From Fidelibacterota bacterium (lineage in GTDB: Bacteria > Fidelibacterota > Fidelibacteria > Fidelibacterales > DSDE01), in assembly GCA_046735395.1 (NCBI GenBank), contig JBJKQR010000012.1, forward strand, positions 160,001 through 224,000: a stretch of 64,000 nt of DNA, written 5' to 3'. The notes beneath the pieces were generated by a model. That model did no database searches, was not told where the DNA came from, and saw nothing but the letters and a program-made list of their open reading frames with translations. A program made the position numbers and the translations under genes. Shown in pieces: positions 38,982 through 48,555 of the stretch. Each line of letters opens with the position of its first letter. Position 1 is the stretch's first letter.

Positions 38982-40163
38982 ATGATGAAATCACATCTGA
39001 TCAAATTTTCCGTTCTCGTGCTACTGACCGGATTATGGTTCTGTTCCGGTAAGGAACCGGGTGGATCCGCCACGCAGGACGGACAGAGCAGCAAATATGT
39101 ATACAGCAACAAGGACCAGCTGAATCTGGATATCAGCCAGTCCCGGCAGACAGCGGTGACCCGGGCCATACAGAAGGTGGCTCCCGCGGTTGTGGGAATT
39201 CATGTGACCCAGCTGAAGAATTATTCCGTAAACCGTGGTTTTGATGATCCGGTCTGGGATCTCTTTTTCGGGCGGCAGATGTATAAGGAACGGGTCAAGA
39301 GCATGGGCTCGGGCGTGCTCATATCCGCCGACGGTTACTTGGTTACAAATTCACATGTGGTCGAGGATGCGGTCGAGATCATCGTCACGCTGAGCGGCGG
39401 TGACAAGGTGAAGGCCAAACTTATCGGGAATGACAATCTGACGGATCTGGCGCTGCTGAAGCTGGACGGCAGGAAGGATTATCCCTTTGTAAAGATCGGG
39501 AGCAGTGACGATGTCATCATCGGAGAATGGGCGGTTGCGCTGGGGAATCCCTTCGGATTGTTCGATGTGAATAATCAGCCCACCGCTACACTGGGTATCA
39601 TTTCTTCCACCCATCTGGATTTCGGTGAGCAGAAGAGCGGCCGGGTGTATCAGGATATGATTCAGACCGATGCCAGCATCAATGCCGGTAACAGCGGCGG
39701 CGCTCTGGTCAATGTGCTCGGTGAGCTCATCGGCATCAATACCTTTATCTTCACCGGTAACAATCAGAGTTCCGGTTCTGTGGGAATCGGTTTTGCCATT
39801 CCCTCGAAGCGGGTGATGGAGATTGTTTCCGAACTCAAGGAAAAGGGACAGGTTGACCGCGGTTACGACACGGGACTTTCAGTCCAGAATGTGGATCGTT
39901 TTCTGGCGGCTTATCTGAATCTGCCCAATATCAGCGGGATTATCATCACCAACGTCGAGAAGAATTCCACGGCCGACAAGGCCGGCCTCATCGTGGGGGA
40001 CGTGATCACCCAGGTGAACGGAACAAAAATTCAGACGGACCGGGATATTTACCGCATTATCAATGAAGGATATCTGAAGGCCGGGGACAAGCTCAAGCTG
40101 AAGCTCTGGCGTAACGGAGATACGATAGAACGTGAACTGGTGCTGGAAGCACCCAAGCATTGA
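38982..40163 (+). CDS. HtrA/DegP-like serine protease with one PDZ domain
   Basis: TNSHV, DLAL, QTDASINAGNSGG. Confidence 0.93.
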   Translation: MMKSHLIKFSVLVLLTGLWFCSGKEPGGSATQDGQSSKYVYSNKDQLNLDISQSRQTAVTRAIQKVAPAVVGIHVTQLKNYSVNRGFDDPVWDLFFGRQMYKERVKSMGSGVLISADGYLVTNSHVVEDAVEIIVTLSGGDKVKAKLIGNDNLTDLALLKLDGRKDYPFVKIGSSDDVIIGEWAVALGNPFGLFDVNNQPTATLGIISSTHLDFGEQKSGRVYQDMIQTDASINAGNSGGALVNVLGELIGINTFIFTGNNQSSGSVGIGFAIPSKRVMEIVSELKEKGQVDRGYDTGLSVQNVDRFLAAYLNLPNISGIIITNVEKNSTADKAGLIVGDVITQVNGTKIQTDRDIYRIINEGYLKAGDKLKLKLWRNGDTIERELVLEAPKH

Positions 40164-40176
40164 CGGAAAGGATTTC

Positions 40177-41478
40177 ATGATTGACAGATATATGACGGAG
40201 GCCATGTCCGCCATCTGGGATGAGGACAGAAAATACGGGTATTGGCTGAAGACGGAACTGGCCGTGTGTGAAGCCAACGCGGAGAACGGTGTGTTCAGTC
40301 GGGAAGAGCTGAAGACTATTCTCGGAAAGGCCGCATTCGATGTGGAGGCCATTCACCGCATCGAGAATGAAGTCCATCATGATGTGATTGCCTTTCTTAC
40401 AAGTGTCGCCGACTTTGTGGGGCCTGAGAGCCGCTGGGTTCATTACGGGATGACCAGTTCCGATCTCCTGGATACAGCCTTTGCGCTGCAGCTGCGTGAC
40501 TCGGCGGATGTGATTCTCAAAGCGGTAGACCGGCTCATAGACCTGCTGTCAGGAAAAGCGCTGGAGTACCGGGATCTGCTGACTATCGGCCGGACGCACG
40601 GGATCCATGCCGAGCCCACCACCTATGGCCTGAAATTTCTGAACTGGCATCAGGAAATGCTTCGCCATCGTCAGCGTTTCGCTGACGCCCGGGAGGGGAT
40701 TCGCTACGGAGCCATCAGCGGAGCCGTCGGTACCTATGCCCATATTTCTCCCGGGATTGAAGCTGCGGTCTGTGAAAAACTGGATCTGAAAGCCGATCCG
40801 GTGACGACGCAGGTGATTCAGCGTGACCGCCATGCGCACTATATGTCGGTACTGGCCGGAATGGCCGCCAGCCTGGAAAAGATTTCGGTCGAAATCCGGC
40901 ATCTGCAGCGGACGGAAGTTCATGAAGTGGAAGAACCTTTCTCAGACAAGCAGAAGGGCTCTTCGGCTATGCCGCATAAGAAGAACCCTATCATCGCGGA
41001 ACGAATTACCGGTATGGCCCGCCTGTTCCGCGGTTTTACCGTGACAGCTCTGGAAAATGTAGCTTTATGGCATGAGCGGGATATTTCACACAGCTCGGCA
41101 GAACGGGTGATTTTTCCCGATGCCCTCCATCTTATGGATTATATGCTGAAAAAAATGATCTGGCTTTTGGATGGATTGAGACTGTTTCCTGAAAATATTC
41201 AGAAGAATCTGCAGCTGACCGGCGGCCTGCATCACAGTCAGAAAGTGCTTCTGGCTCTGGTCAATGCAGGGCTCAGCAGGGAAGAGGCCTACCGGAAGAT
41301 TCAGGCGCTGGCCATGAAAACCTGGGAAACGGGCGTGGCACTGGACGTGAATCTGCGGGAAGACCCGGAGACGATGAAAATTCTTGAAGCGGGGGGAACG
41401 GATGTCTCTACGCTGTTCCGGGATGAAGATTTTCTGAAAAATGTTGCACAAATCTATGAAAGGTGCGGTGTAAAATAA
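40177..41478 (+). CDS. purB: Adenylosuccinate lyase
   Basis: HDVIAF, GRTHGIHAEP, GSSAMPHKKNP. Confidence 0.97.
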   Translation: MIDRYMTEAMSAIWDEDRKYGYWLKTELAVCEANAENGVFSREELKTILGKAAFDVEAIHRIENEVHHDVIAFLTSVADFVGPESRWVHYGMTSSDLLDTAFALQLRDSADVILKAVDRLIDLLSGKALEYRDLLTIGRTHGIHAEPTTYGLKFLNWHQEMLRHRQRFADAREGIRYGAISGAVGTYAHISPGIEAAVCEKLDLKADPVTTQVIQRDRHAHYMSVLAGMAASLEKISVEIRHLQRTEVHEVEEPFSDKQKGSSAMPHKKNPIIAERITGMARLFRGFTVTALENVALWHERDISHSSAERVIFPDALHLMDYMLKKMIWLLDGLRLFPENIQKNLQLTGGLHHSQKVLLALVNAGLSREEAYRKIQALAMKTWETGVALDVNLREDPETMKILEAGGTDVSTLFRDEDFLKNVAQIYERCGVK

Positions 41479-41479
41479 T

Positions 41480-42136
41480 ATGGCTGAAGACAGTATATCG
41501 ACGATTTTATCGTTCTGGCTCATTACTATCGTCACGGCAGTGCTCTGGTTCGTCTTTCCTGCCTCGCTGGTGACCCAGATCCTTTTTATTGCTGCGTTTA
41601 TCGTTTCGGCGTTTTCCCTCTTCTTCTTTCGTGATCCGGCTCGAACCGTTCCGGACAGGGCCGATGCGCTGATATCCCCTGCAGACGGTAAAATTCTGAG
41701 TATTGATCCGACGGCTGTATATCCCGGCAGTGATCTGCCCTGCACACATATGGCCATCTTTCTGAATCTGCATAATGTGCATGTAAACCGGATTCCCTGT
41801 GATGCCCATGTCAAACAGGTCACCTATCTGAAGGGAAAATTTCTGAAAGCCTTCAACCCGGATGCCAAGGATCTGAACGAACAATATCTTATTGAGATGG
41901 AAACGCCATCAGGGCCTCTGGTCATGCGTCAGATCGCGGGATTGATCGCGCGCCGTCTGGTCTGCCGGCTTAAACCGGGGCAGGATGTGTCCGCCGGGGA
42001 AAAATTCGGATTGATGAAATTTAGTAGTAGAATTGATTTGTATTTTTCGAGTAAATTCCGCGTGCTGGCCGAGACCGGACAAAAAGTCAGGGGGGGAGAG
42101 ACCATTCTGGCCCAACTATCAGGAGAACAGGAATGA
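41480..42136 (+). CDS. psd: Phosphatidylserine decarboxylase proenzyme
   Basis: FFRDP.R, SPADG, HVNR.P, QIAGLIARR, KFSSR cleavage motif. Confidence 0.9.
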   Translation: MAEDSISTILSFWLITIVTAVLWFVFPASLVTQILFIAAFIVSAFSLFFFRDPARTVPDRADALISPADGKILSIDPTAVYPGSDLPCTHMAIFLNLHNVHVNRIPCDAHVKQVTYLKGKFLKAFNPDAKDLNEQYLIEMETPSGPLVMRQIAGLIARRLVCRLKPGQDVSAGEKFGLMKFSSRIDLYFSSKFRVLAETGQKVRGGETILAQLSGEQE

Positions 42137-42942
42137 AGATTAAAATCAAGCGGACACTGTGGCCCAGCATTTTCACGTTGCTGAATATGTTTCTGGGTTA
42201 TCTTGCCATCATTCAGATCGTTGCTGCTCATCATATTCGTGAAAGCGGCGGAGATATAGGATTATTTCATGATAAGGTCATTCTCGCCGGCTGGCTCATT
42301 TTCATTGCCTCTATTCTGGACGGAATGGACGGAAAAGTCGCACGGCTGGTTCATGGTTCCTCCGATTTCGGCGTGGAGATTGACAGTCTTGCAGATCTGC
42401 TTTCCTTTGTCATTGCACCGTCTCTCATGGTTTATTTCGTCTACTGCAGTGACATCTACATTTATGGAAGCCTGATTGCCTTTACCTATGTTATTTTCGG
42501 CACCATCCGTCTGGCCCGTTTTAATGTGCTGGCCCATCGTGAATCACCGGGGCATTTTATCGGACTGCCCAGTCCGCTGGCTGCGATCACCGTGATCAGC
42601 GTGCCCATGTTCTTCATTACCTACACCGGAACAGTAGGAAAACCCAAACTGGTTCTTCCCTTCATCCTCATTATCGGTTTTCTCATGATCTCTCAGATCA
42701 CTTTCAAGAAAATTTCCAATTTTTCACTCAAGAAGACATCCGGGCTCAGGTGGGATACCCTGTTCTTTGTGGCGAACCTGGCCCTCATCGTGGCCTTCAA
42801 GGAAAAGGTTCTGTTCTTTCTGGCGGTTCTGAGTATTCTGCTTAATATTTTTGCCTACTGGCGAAAAAATCAGCAGAGCCGGGATGATTTCATTGAGATT
42901 GATGATGACGATGAACATTTAAACGGGAGGTCCGATGCCTAA
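42133..42942 (+). CDS. pssA: CDP-diacylglycerol-serine O-phosphatidyltransferase
   Basis: DGMDGKVAR...FG.EIDSLAD, RLARFN, FIGLP.P. Confidence 0.92.
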   Translation: MKIKIKRTLWPSIFTLLNMFLGYLAIIQIVAAHHIRESGGDIGLFHDKVILAGWLIFIASILDGMDGKVARLVHGSSDFGVEIDSLADLLSFVIAPSLMVYFVYCSDIYIYGSLIAFTYVIFGTIRLARFNVLAHRESPGHFIGLPSPLAAITVISVPMFFITYTGTVGKPKLVLPFILIIGFLMISQITFKKISNFSLKKTSGLRWDTLFFVANLALIVAFKEKVLFFLAVLSILLNIFAYWRKNQQSRDDFIEIDDDDEHLNGRSDA

Positions 42943-43183
42943 GGTTGTTGTGGTTGTCACCATCAAGGAAGGGATACTGGATCCGCAGGCCAAAGCTATT
43001 CTTCATGCCATGGAAGGCCTGGAGTTTACCGACTGCTCATCTCTGGTCACCGGCAAATATTTTGAACTGGATTTCCCCGGAATGAGCGGGGAGGAAGCAT
43101 TGATGAAAGGGGAGGTGGCCGCATCCCGGATTCTGGCCAATCCCAATATCGAAACCTACAAAGTCGACCTGAAGGAAGAGTGA
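42935..43183 (+). CDS. purS: FGAM synthase subunit PurS
   Basis: ILDPQ, GKYFE, LANPNIE.Y. Confidence 0.93.
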   Translation: MPKVVVVVTIKEGILDPQAKAILHAMEGLEFTDCSSLVTGKYFELDFPGMSGEEALMKGEVAASRILANPNIETYKVDLKEE

Positions 43184-43873
43184 GTGAAAGTCGGAATTGT
43201 TGTTTTTCCCGGGTCAAACTGTGACCATGATACCTACTGGGCCGTCCGGAACACTCTGGGTGCGAAGGCAAGCTTCATCTGGCATCGTGAAACAGATCTG
43301 GCAGATTATGACTGTATTTTTCTTCCCGGCGGCTTTTCATATGGAGACTATCTCCGCAGCGGCGCCATTGCCCGCTTTTCACCGGTCATGGAGGAAGTGC
43401 GAAAGGCAGCGGAAAAAGGGAAACCTGTCATCGGTATCTGTAACGGGTTTCAGATCCTGACCGAAAGCGGACTGCTTCCCGGAGCTCTGGCACCCAATGA
43501 AAATCTGAAATTCGTCTGTGATACCGTCCACCTGCGCGTGGAAAATACAAATTCGCCCCTGCTGAAGCAGTATCGCAGCGGAGAGACGCTGGCCATCCCC
43601 ATCGCCCATGGCGAGGGCCGTTATGTCGCCTCGGATGATACGATCAAGGCTCTGGAGGACGAGGGCCGGATTGCATTCAGGTACTGCGATGCGGAGGGGA
43701 ATATTGTGGCCGACGCAAATCCGAACGGCAGCCGGGCCGGTATCGCCGGTATTCTGAATAAGAATGGAAATGTTCTGGGAATGATGCCGCACCCGGAACG
43801 GGTTACGGAATCTGTCCTGGGCGGCATGGACGGCAGAAAACTGTTTGAAAGTATAGGTGAGGTCATCCGATGA
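43184..43873 (+). CDS. purQ: FGAM synthase glutaminase subunit
   Basis: FPGSNCD, GGFSYGDYLR, GICNGFQ, MMPHPER. Confidence 0.97.
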   Translation: MKVGIVVFPGSNCDHDTYWAVRNTLGAKASFIWHRETDLADYDCIFLPGGFSYGDYLRSGAIARFSPVMEEVRKAAEKGKPVIGICNGFQILTESGLLPGALAPNENLKFVCDTVHLRVENTNSPLLKQYRSGETLAIPIAHGEGRYVASDDTIKALEDEGRIAFRYCDAEGNIVADANPNGSRAGIAGILNKNGNVLGMMPHPERVTESVLGGMDGRKLFESIGEVIR

Positions 43874-44139
43874 AGAAATCCAACACACTCGGCAGAATCT
43901 TCATGGTCCTGTTTCTCGGCGCCATTATCGGCGGAATTCTCGGTGAAATATTCGGGCTCGTACTGCCTGATTCCGTTGTAAAAGAATTTTTTCTGAGTAA
44001 ATTAGTTCTCGGGTTCACCGAACCCCTGGCTATTGATCTTCATATCATAGCTTTTTCAATTTCACTTGTTTTCAGAATGAATATCATCAGCCTTATCGGG
44101 CTGGGATTTGGGTATTATATCTTACGCTATACACGTTAG
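43870..44139 (+). CDS. Small membrane protein, DUF4321-like
   Basis: LGAIIG..LGE hydrophobic pattern. Confidence 0.7.
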   Translation: MKKSNTLGRIFMVLFLGAIIGGILGEIFGLVLPDSVVKEFFLSKLVLGFTEPLAIDLHIIAFSISLVFRMNIISLIGLGFGYYILRYTR

Positions 44140-44148
44140 GAGGTATGT

Positions 44149-44349
44149 ATGCTTGGTGGATTAGGAATGGGAGAACTGCTGATTATCTTTTTTGTAATTC
44201 TGCTTCTCTTCGGAGCGAAACGTCTTCCTGAGCTGGCTTCCGGGCTGGGAAAGGGTATTCGTGAATTTAAAAAGGCCGCCAACGACGTGAAGGATGAACT
44301 GGAAGACGCCGCGAATGTTGAGCCTGAAAAAGACAAAGATAAGAAATAA
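44149..44349 (+). CDS. tatA: Twin-arginine translocase TatA/E
   Basis: [21 protein letters not shown]. Confidence 0.95.
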   Translation: MLGGLGMGELLIIFFVILLLFGAKRLPELASGLGKGIREFKKAANDVKDELEDAANVEPEKDKDKK

Positions 44350-44363
44350 TTCACACATCACGG

Positions 44364-45725
44364 GTGCTCATGACGACGATTGACCGCATTTACGACTATG
44401 CAGACGCCGGGGATGTCTACAATATATTTACGACCCTGGACCGGAAATGGCTCGAACGCCACATTGAAAATCAGAAGGACAAACCGGGCCTGCTCAGCGG
44501 CAGGCTGATTGCCATCAAGGATAATTTCAATGTGGAAGGACTGCCGGTAAGCTGCGGCTCAGCCTTTCTCGAGCCCTGCAAGGCCTTGTACAATGCGACG
44601 GTCATAGAGAAGATCATTCACGCCGGTGGCGTGATCGTGGGCAAGACCAACATGGATGAATTCGCCATGGGGTCGTCCAATGAAAACAGTTTTTTTGGCC
44701 CGGTGAAGAATCCGCGTGATCCGGAACGTGTTCCCGGAGGGTCCAGCGGCGGATCTGCCGCGGTCGTGGCTGCGGGGCTCTGTGATTATGCCCTGGGTTC
44801 GGATACGGGAGGAAGCATTCGGCAACCGGCGGCTTTCACCGGTATTGTCGGGTTGAAACCGACCTATGGCCGGGTCTCCCGGTATGGACTCACAGCCTTT
44901 GCATCATCCTTTGACCAGGCAGGACCACTGACCCGGACTGTAAGGCAGAGCGCCGAACTTCTGCAGGTGATAGCCGGTCACGATAAAAATGACAGCACTA
45001 CCGCCGATGTAGCGGTTCCGGATTATGTATCGCTTCTCGATACAGGGGATCCGCGAAAGTTACGGATCGGCGTACCCTACGCTCTGCTGGAAAAAGGCCT
45101 GGACGACAATGTGGCCGAGGCTTTTGCATCCGCTATAGACTCATTGAAAAGCGCCGGATTTACCATCAGGACGGTGGATATTCCCACCATGCCCTATGCC
45201 ATCGCGGCCTATTATATTCTGGCTCCGGCCGAGGCATCCAGTAACCTGGCCCGGTTTGACGGGATACGCTATGGCCGTCAGGCCGAAGCGGCAGGGAGCG
45301 ACCTGAATAATTTTTATGCTCAGAACCGGGATGCCTTCGGGGATGAAGTGAAACGCCGCATCATGCTGGGTACTTACGTGCTCAGCGCCGGATATTACGA
45401 CGCCTATTATGAGAAGGCACAGAAAGTGCGGCGCCTGCTCTTTGATGATTATCGGCGGAATTTCACGGACTGTGATGTGATCCTCACACCGACCACACCG
45501 GCCTCGGCCTTTCGCCTCGGCAGCTACAGTGATGATCCGCTCAAAATGTATCTGAATGATATCTTTACCGTATCAGCCAATATTGCCGGTATTCCGGCCA
45601 TGAGTATTCCCGCCGCAGTTCCGGAGGGCAGCCTGCCTGTCGGCCTTCATCTGGCCGGAAATGTATTTCAGGAGGGAACTTTGCTTCAGCTAGGGCATTG
45701 GATGGAGCAGGAGGTTCACTCATGA
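44364..45725 (+). CDS. gatA: Asp/Glu-tRNA amidotransferase subunit A
   Basis: IKDN, GKTNMDEFAMGSS, GGSSGGS, GSDTGGSIRQPA, SSNLARFDG. Confidence 0.95.
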   Translation: MLMTTIDRIYDYADAGDVYNIFTTLDRKWLERHIENQKDKPGLLSGRLIAIKDNFNVEGLPVSCGSAFLEPCKALYNATVIEKIIHAGGVIVGKTNMDEFAMGSSNENSFFGPVKNPRDPERVPGGSSGGSAAVVAAGLCDYALGSDTGGSIRQPAAFTGIVGLKPTYGRVSRYGLTAFASSFDQAGPLTRTVRQSAELLQVIAGHDKNDSTTADVAVPDYVSLLDTGDPRKLRIGVPYALLEKGLDDNVAEAFASAIDSLKSAGFTIRTVDIPTMPYAIAAYYILAPAEASSNLARFDGIRYGRQAEAAGSDLNNFYAQNRDAFGDEVKRRIMLGTYVLSAGYYDAYYEKAQKVRRLLFDDYRRNFTDCDVILTPTTPASAFRLGSYSDDPLKMYLNDIFTVSANIAGIPAMSIPAAVPEGSLPVGLHLAGNVFQEGTLLQLGHWMEQEVHS

Positions 45726-45784
45726 CCCGGATGGAAAAAGACATAACCCGTTGCCAACGCACAAACAGACGTTCATAATGCCCT

Positions 45785-46780
45785 ATGTTCAGATTTGCCT
45801 ATCCTTATTTTTTAATACTCATACCCGTATTTGCCCTTCTTCTTATCAGAAGGCAGAAGGATATCCGCAGCCGGCGCAGTGATTACCTGCGTGTCGGTAC
45901 GGTCGCATCACTCAGCCTTTTCAGGGACCGGAATGCCTATAAGGTGCTGCTGCCACTCTGGCTGAAGGGAGCCGCGATATTTCTTCTGATATGCGCCCTG
46001 GCCCGGCCCCAGATCGGAAAGGTATCCCGCGAACTGAAACAGAAGGGTATTGACATCATGCTGGCTCTGGATATTTCCGGATCCATGCGGGCCGTTGATT
46101 TCAAACCGAATCGTCTGGAAGCATCCAAGCAGGTGGCGGCCGATTTTGTGAACGGCAGGAAGACGGATCGCATCGGGCTGGTGGTTTTCGGAAGCGAATC
46201 CTTTCTTCAGTGCCCGCTGACCATTGATTACAGCGTGCTGGATAATATTATCGGTGATATAAAAATCGTTCCCGAGGAATACGACGGAACCGCCATCGGC
46301 CTGGCTATCAGCAATGCCATTAACCGGCTGCGCGACTCGGATGCGGAGAGCAAGGTCATCATTCTGCTCAGTGACGGGGCCAATAATTCAGGAGATGTGG
46401 ATCCGCTGACAGCCGCGGATTTTGCGAAAAAATATAATATAAAAATTTATACCATCGGAATGGGCAAGGACGGACAGGTGCTCATGCCGGTTCAGAACAG
46501 TTTTTTCGGCGGAACACAGATGGTGCCGGTCAATTCGCAGATCGATGAAAAACTGTTGCGGGAAATTGCGGACAAGACCGGCGGAGCCTTCTTCCGGGCA
46601 GATACGGAAGAAAAACTGAAAAGCATCTGGCAGGAAATCTCGAAAATGGAAAAGACGGAAATCAAGACCGATGAGTATCTGGACTGGGGTGAGCGCTATG
46701 ACTGGTTCCTCATTCCCGCCCTGACCCTTTTCGTCGCCGGATTTCTGCTCTCCCGCTATAAATGGAGTGTCTATCCGTGA
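45785..46780 (+). CDS. batA: BatA VWA-domain protein
   Basis: LARPQ, DISGSM, TAIG, LLSDG. Confidence 0.9.
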   Translation: MFRFAYPYFLILIPVFALLLIRRQKDIRSRRSDYLRVGTVASLSLFRDRNAYKVLLPLWLKGAAIFLLICALARPQIGKVSRELKQKGIDIMLALDISGSMRAVDFKPNRLEASKQVAADFVNGRKTDRIGLVVFGSESFLQCPLTIDYSVLDNIIGDIKIVPEEYDGTAIGLAISNAINRLRDSDAESKVIILLSDGANNSGDVDPLTAADFAKKYNIKIYTIGMGKDGQVLMPVQNSFFGGTQMVPVNSQIDEKLLREIADKTGGAFFRADTEEKLKSIWQEISKMEKTEIKTDEYLDWGERYDWFLIPALTLFVAGFLLSRYKWSVYP

Positions 46781-47817
46781 TTGAGTTCTTACATCCGCAA
46801 TTTCTCTGGCTGCTTCTGTCGCTGCCTGTACTGCTGGGTTGGTTTATACGCCGGCATCGGCGGAGAACCCGTGAAATCAGCCGGAGCTTTGACCCGAAAG
46901 CCTTCCATACTCTCAGTCAGGGCGGCCGGGGCCGCAAGGTACGCAAACAGCGATTCGTAACGGAATTGCTGGCGCTGGCCCTGCTCATCATTTCTGCATC
47001 GGGACCGCGGGTGGGAACCTCCATTCAGGAACTGAAACGGGAAGGCGTGGATATTGTGGTTGCGCTCGATCTGTCCCGCAGCATGCTGACCCAGGATGTG
47101 ACACCGGACCGTCTCACCCGGGCCAAACTTGAGGTGAAGAAACTCATCAATTCACTGAAGGGAGACCGGATCGGCCTGGTCGGATTTGCCGGTATTGCCC
47201 ATCTTCAGTGCCCGCTGACTCTGGATCATTCAGCCGCTTCCATGCTCCTCAATGTCATGGATGAGACCCTGCTGCCGGTTCAGGGAACGGCTCTGGCGGA
47301 TGCCATCGGTATCGCCGTGAAGGCTTTTCCGGAGGATGACGAAGGACGGGACCGCGCGATTATTGTGATCAGCGATGGCGAGGACCACGAAAAAAATGTG
47401 GAAGACGCTGCCCGGAAGGCATCCGAGGCCGGAATCACCATTTATTCCCTCGGAGTGGGAACCCTGAAGGGCGGGCCTGTACCGGTCTATGACAAGAACG
47501 GCCAGCTCAGCGATTATAAACGGAATTCCTCAAATCAGGTCGTGACCAGCCGTCTGGAAGAAGCCGATCTGTCCGAACTGGCTAGCCAGACCGGCGGAAG
47601 CTATTACCGGCTGTATGAGCGGAAGGATCCCCTTGCCCGCATATACAGCGATATTCAGACTCTGGATAAACGGGAATATAAGACGCATGATTTTTCTAAA
47701 TATGTTGAATTGTACCAATTCTTTCTAATCCTTGCCATTCTGCTTCTCTTTCCCGAATTTGTCATATCTGATCTTCATGATCTGCTTACTCACAGGAGAA
47801 AAGTCCATGCTTCCTGA
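46777..47817 (+). CDS. batB: BatB VWA-domain protein
   Basis: DLSRSM, CPLT.D, ISDGEDHE. Confidence 0.9.
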   Translation: MIEFLHPQFLWLLLSLPVLLGWFIRRHRRRTREISRSFDPKAFHTLSQGGRGRKVRKQRFVTELLALALLIISASGPRVGTSIQELKREGVDIVVALDLSRSMLTQDVTPDRLTRAKLEVKKLINSLKGDRIGLVGFAGIAHLQCPLTLDHSAASMLLNVMDETLLPVQGTALADAIGIAVKAFPEDDEGRDRAIIVISDGEDHEKNVEDAARKASEAGITIYSLGVGTLKGGPVPVYDKNGQLSDYKRNSSNQVVTSRLEEADLSELASQTGGSYYRLYERKDPLARIYSDIQTLDKREYKTHDFSKYVELYQFFLILAILLLFPEFVISDLHDLLTHRRKVHAS

Positions 47818-48553
47818 GCGTCCCCTTCACATTGCACTGCTGCTGGCCCTTCTGCTGCCGCTTGTAATCCAGGCTGATCCGGGAAAGAAGGCCTGGGACC
47901 AGGGAAATTACCCCGGAGCGCTGCAGTATTATCAGAAGCGCCTCGACAATGGCGGGAAGGATAATCAGGCTCTTCAGTACAATGCGGGTACAGCGCTTCA
48001 GAAGCTGGACAAGGATGATGAGGCGACGACCTGGTACCAGCGCAGTCTGCAGAGTACTGATCCCCTGCTGAAAAGCCAGGCTCATTACAATCTGGCCAGG
48101 CTTTACGAAAAGAAAAAGGATATGAAGAATGCGCTGAGCAATCTGCAGAGCGCTATCCTGCTTAATCCTCAAGATATGAATGCCAAGGCCGCCTATGAAC
48201 GGCTGACACGGGAAATGCAGCAGCAGAAACAGCAGCAGCAGAGCAAACAGGATCAGAATCAGGACAAAAAGAAGGATCAGGAACAACAGCAGCAACAGCA
48301 GAAATCAGATCAGGATAAAGAGGATCAGCAGAAGAAGCAGAGTCAGGAAGAGCAGCAGCAGGAGCAACAAAACCCGCAGCAACAGCAGGCGATGCAGAAA
48401 GATGCGAAGATGAGCGAGAGCAAGGACGATATGTCACGGGATCAGGTCGAGAATATTCTGAATGCAATGAGGGAAAGAGAACTGGAATCGATGAAGAAGC
48501 TGCTGAAGGAACAGACGAAGGCCGGAAACATCAAACGAAGCAAGGATTGGTGA
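47807..48553 (+). CDS. batC: BatC TPR protein with Gln-rich linker
   Basis: TPR repeats (YNAG, HYNL), Q/K/D-rich tract, C-terminal KDW. Confidence 0.85.
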   Translation: MLPERPLHIALLLALLLPLVIQADPGKKAWDQGNYPGALQYYQKRLDNGGKDNQALQYNAGTALQKLDKDDEATTWYQRSLQSTDPLLKSQAHYNLARLYEKKKDMKNALSNLQSAILLNPQDMNAKAAYERLTREMQQQKQQQQSKQDQNQDKKKDQEQQQQQQKSDQDKEDQQKKQSQEEQQQEQQNPQQQQAMQKDAKMSESKDDMSRDQVENILNAMRERELESMKKLLKEQTKAGNIKRSKDW

Positions 48554-48555
48554 GG

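Noticed and set aside
43181..43186. purS TGA directly followed in frame by purQ GTG (possible read-through)
   Set aside because: Both are complete, normally separate proteins; purQ has an upstream purine-rich RBS and I see no SECIS-like hairpin.
48215..48400. CAG-rich tract as a repeat element
   Set aside because: Encodes the ordinary Gln-rich linker of BatC.
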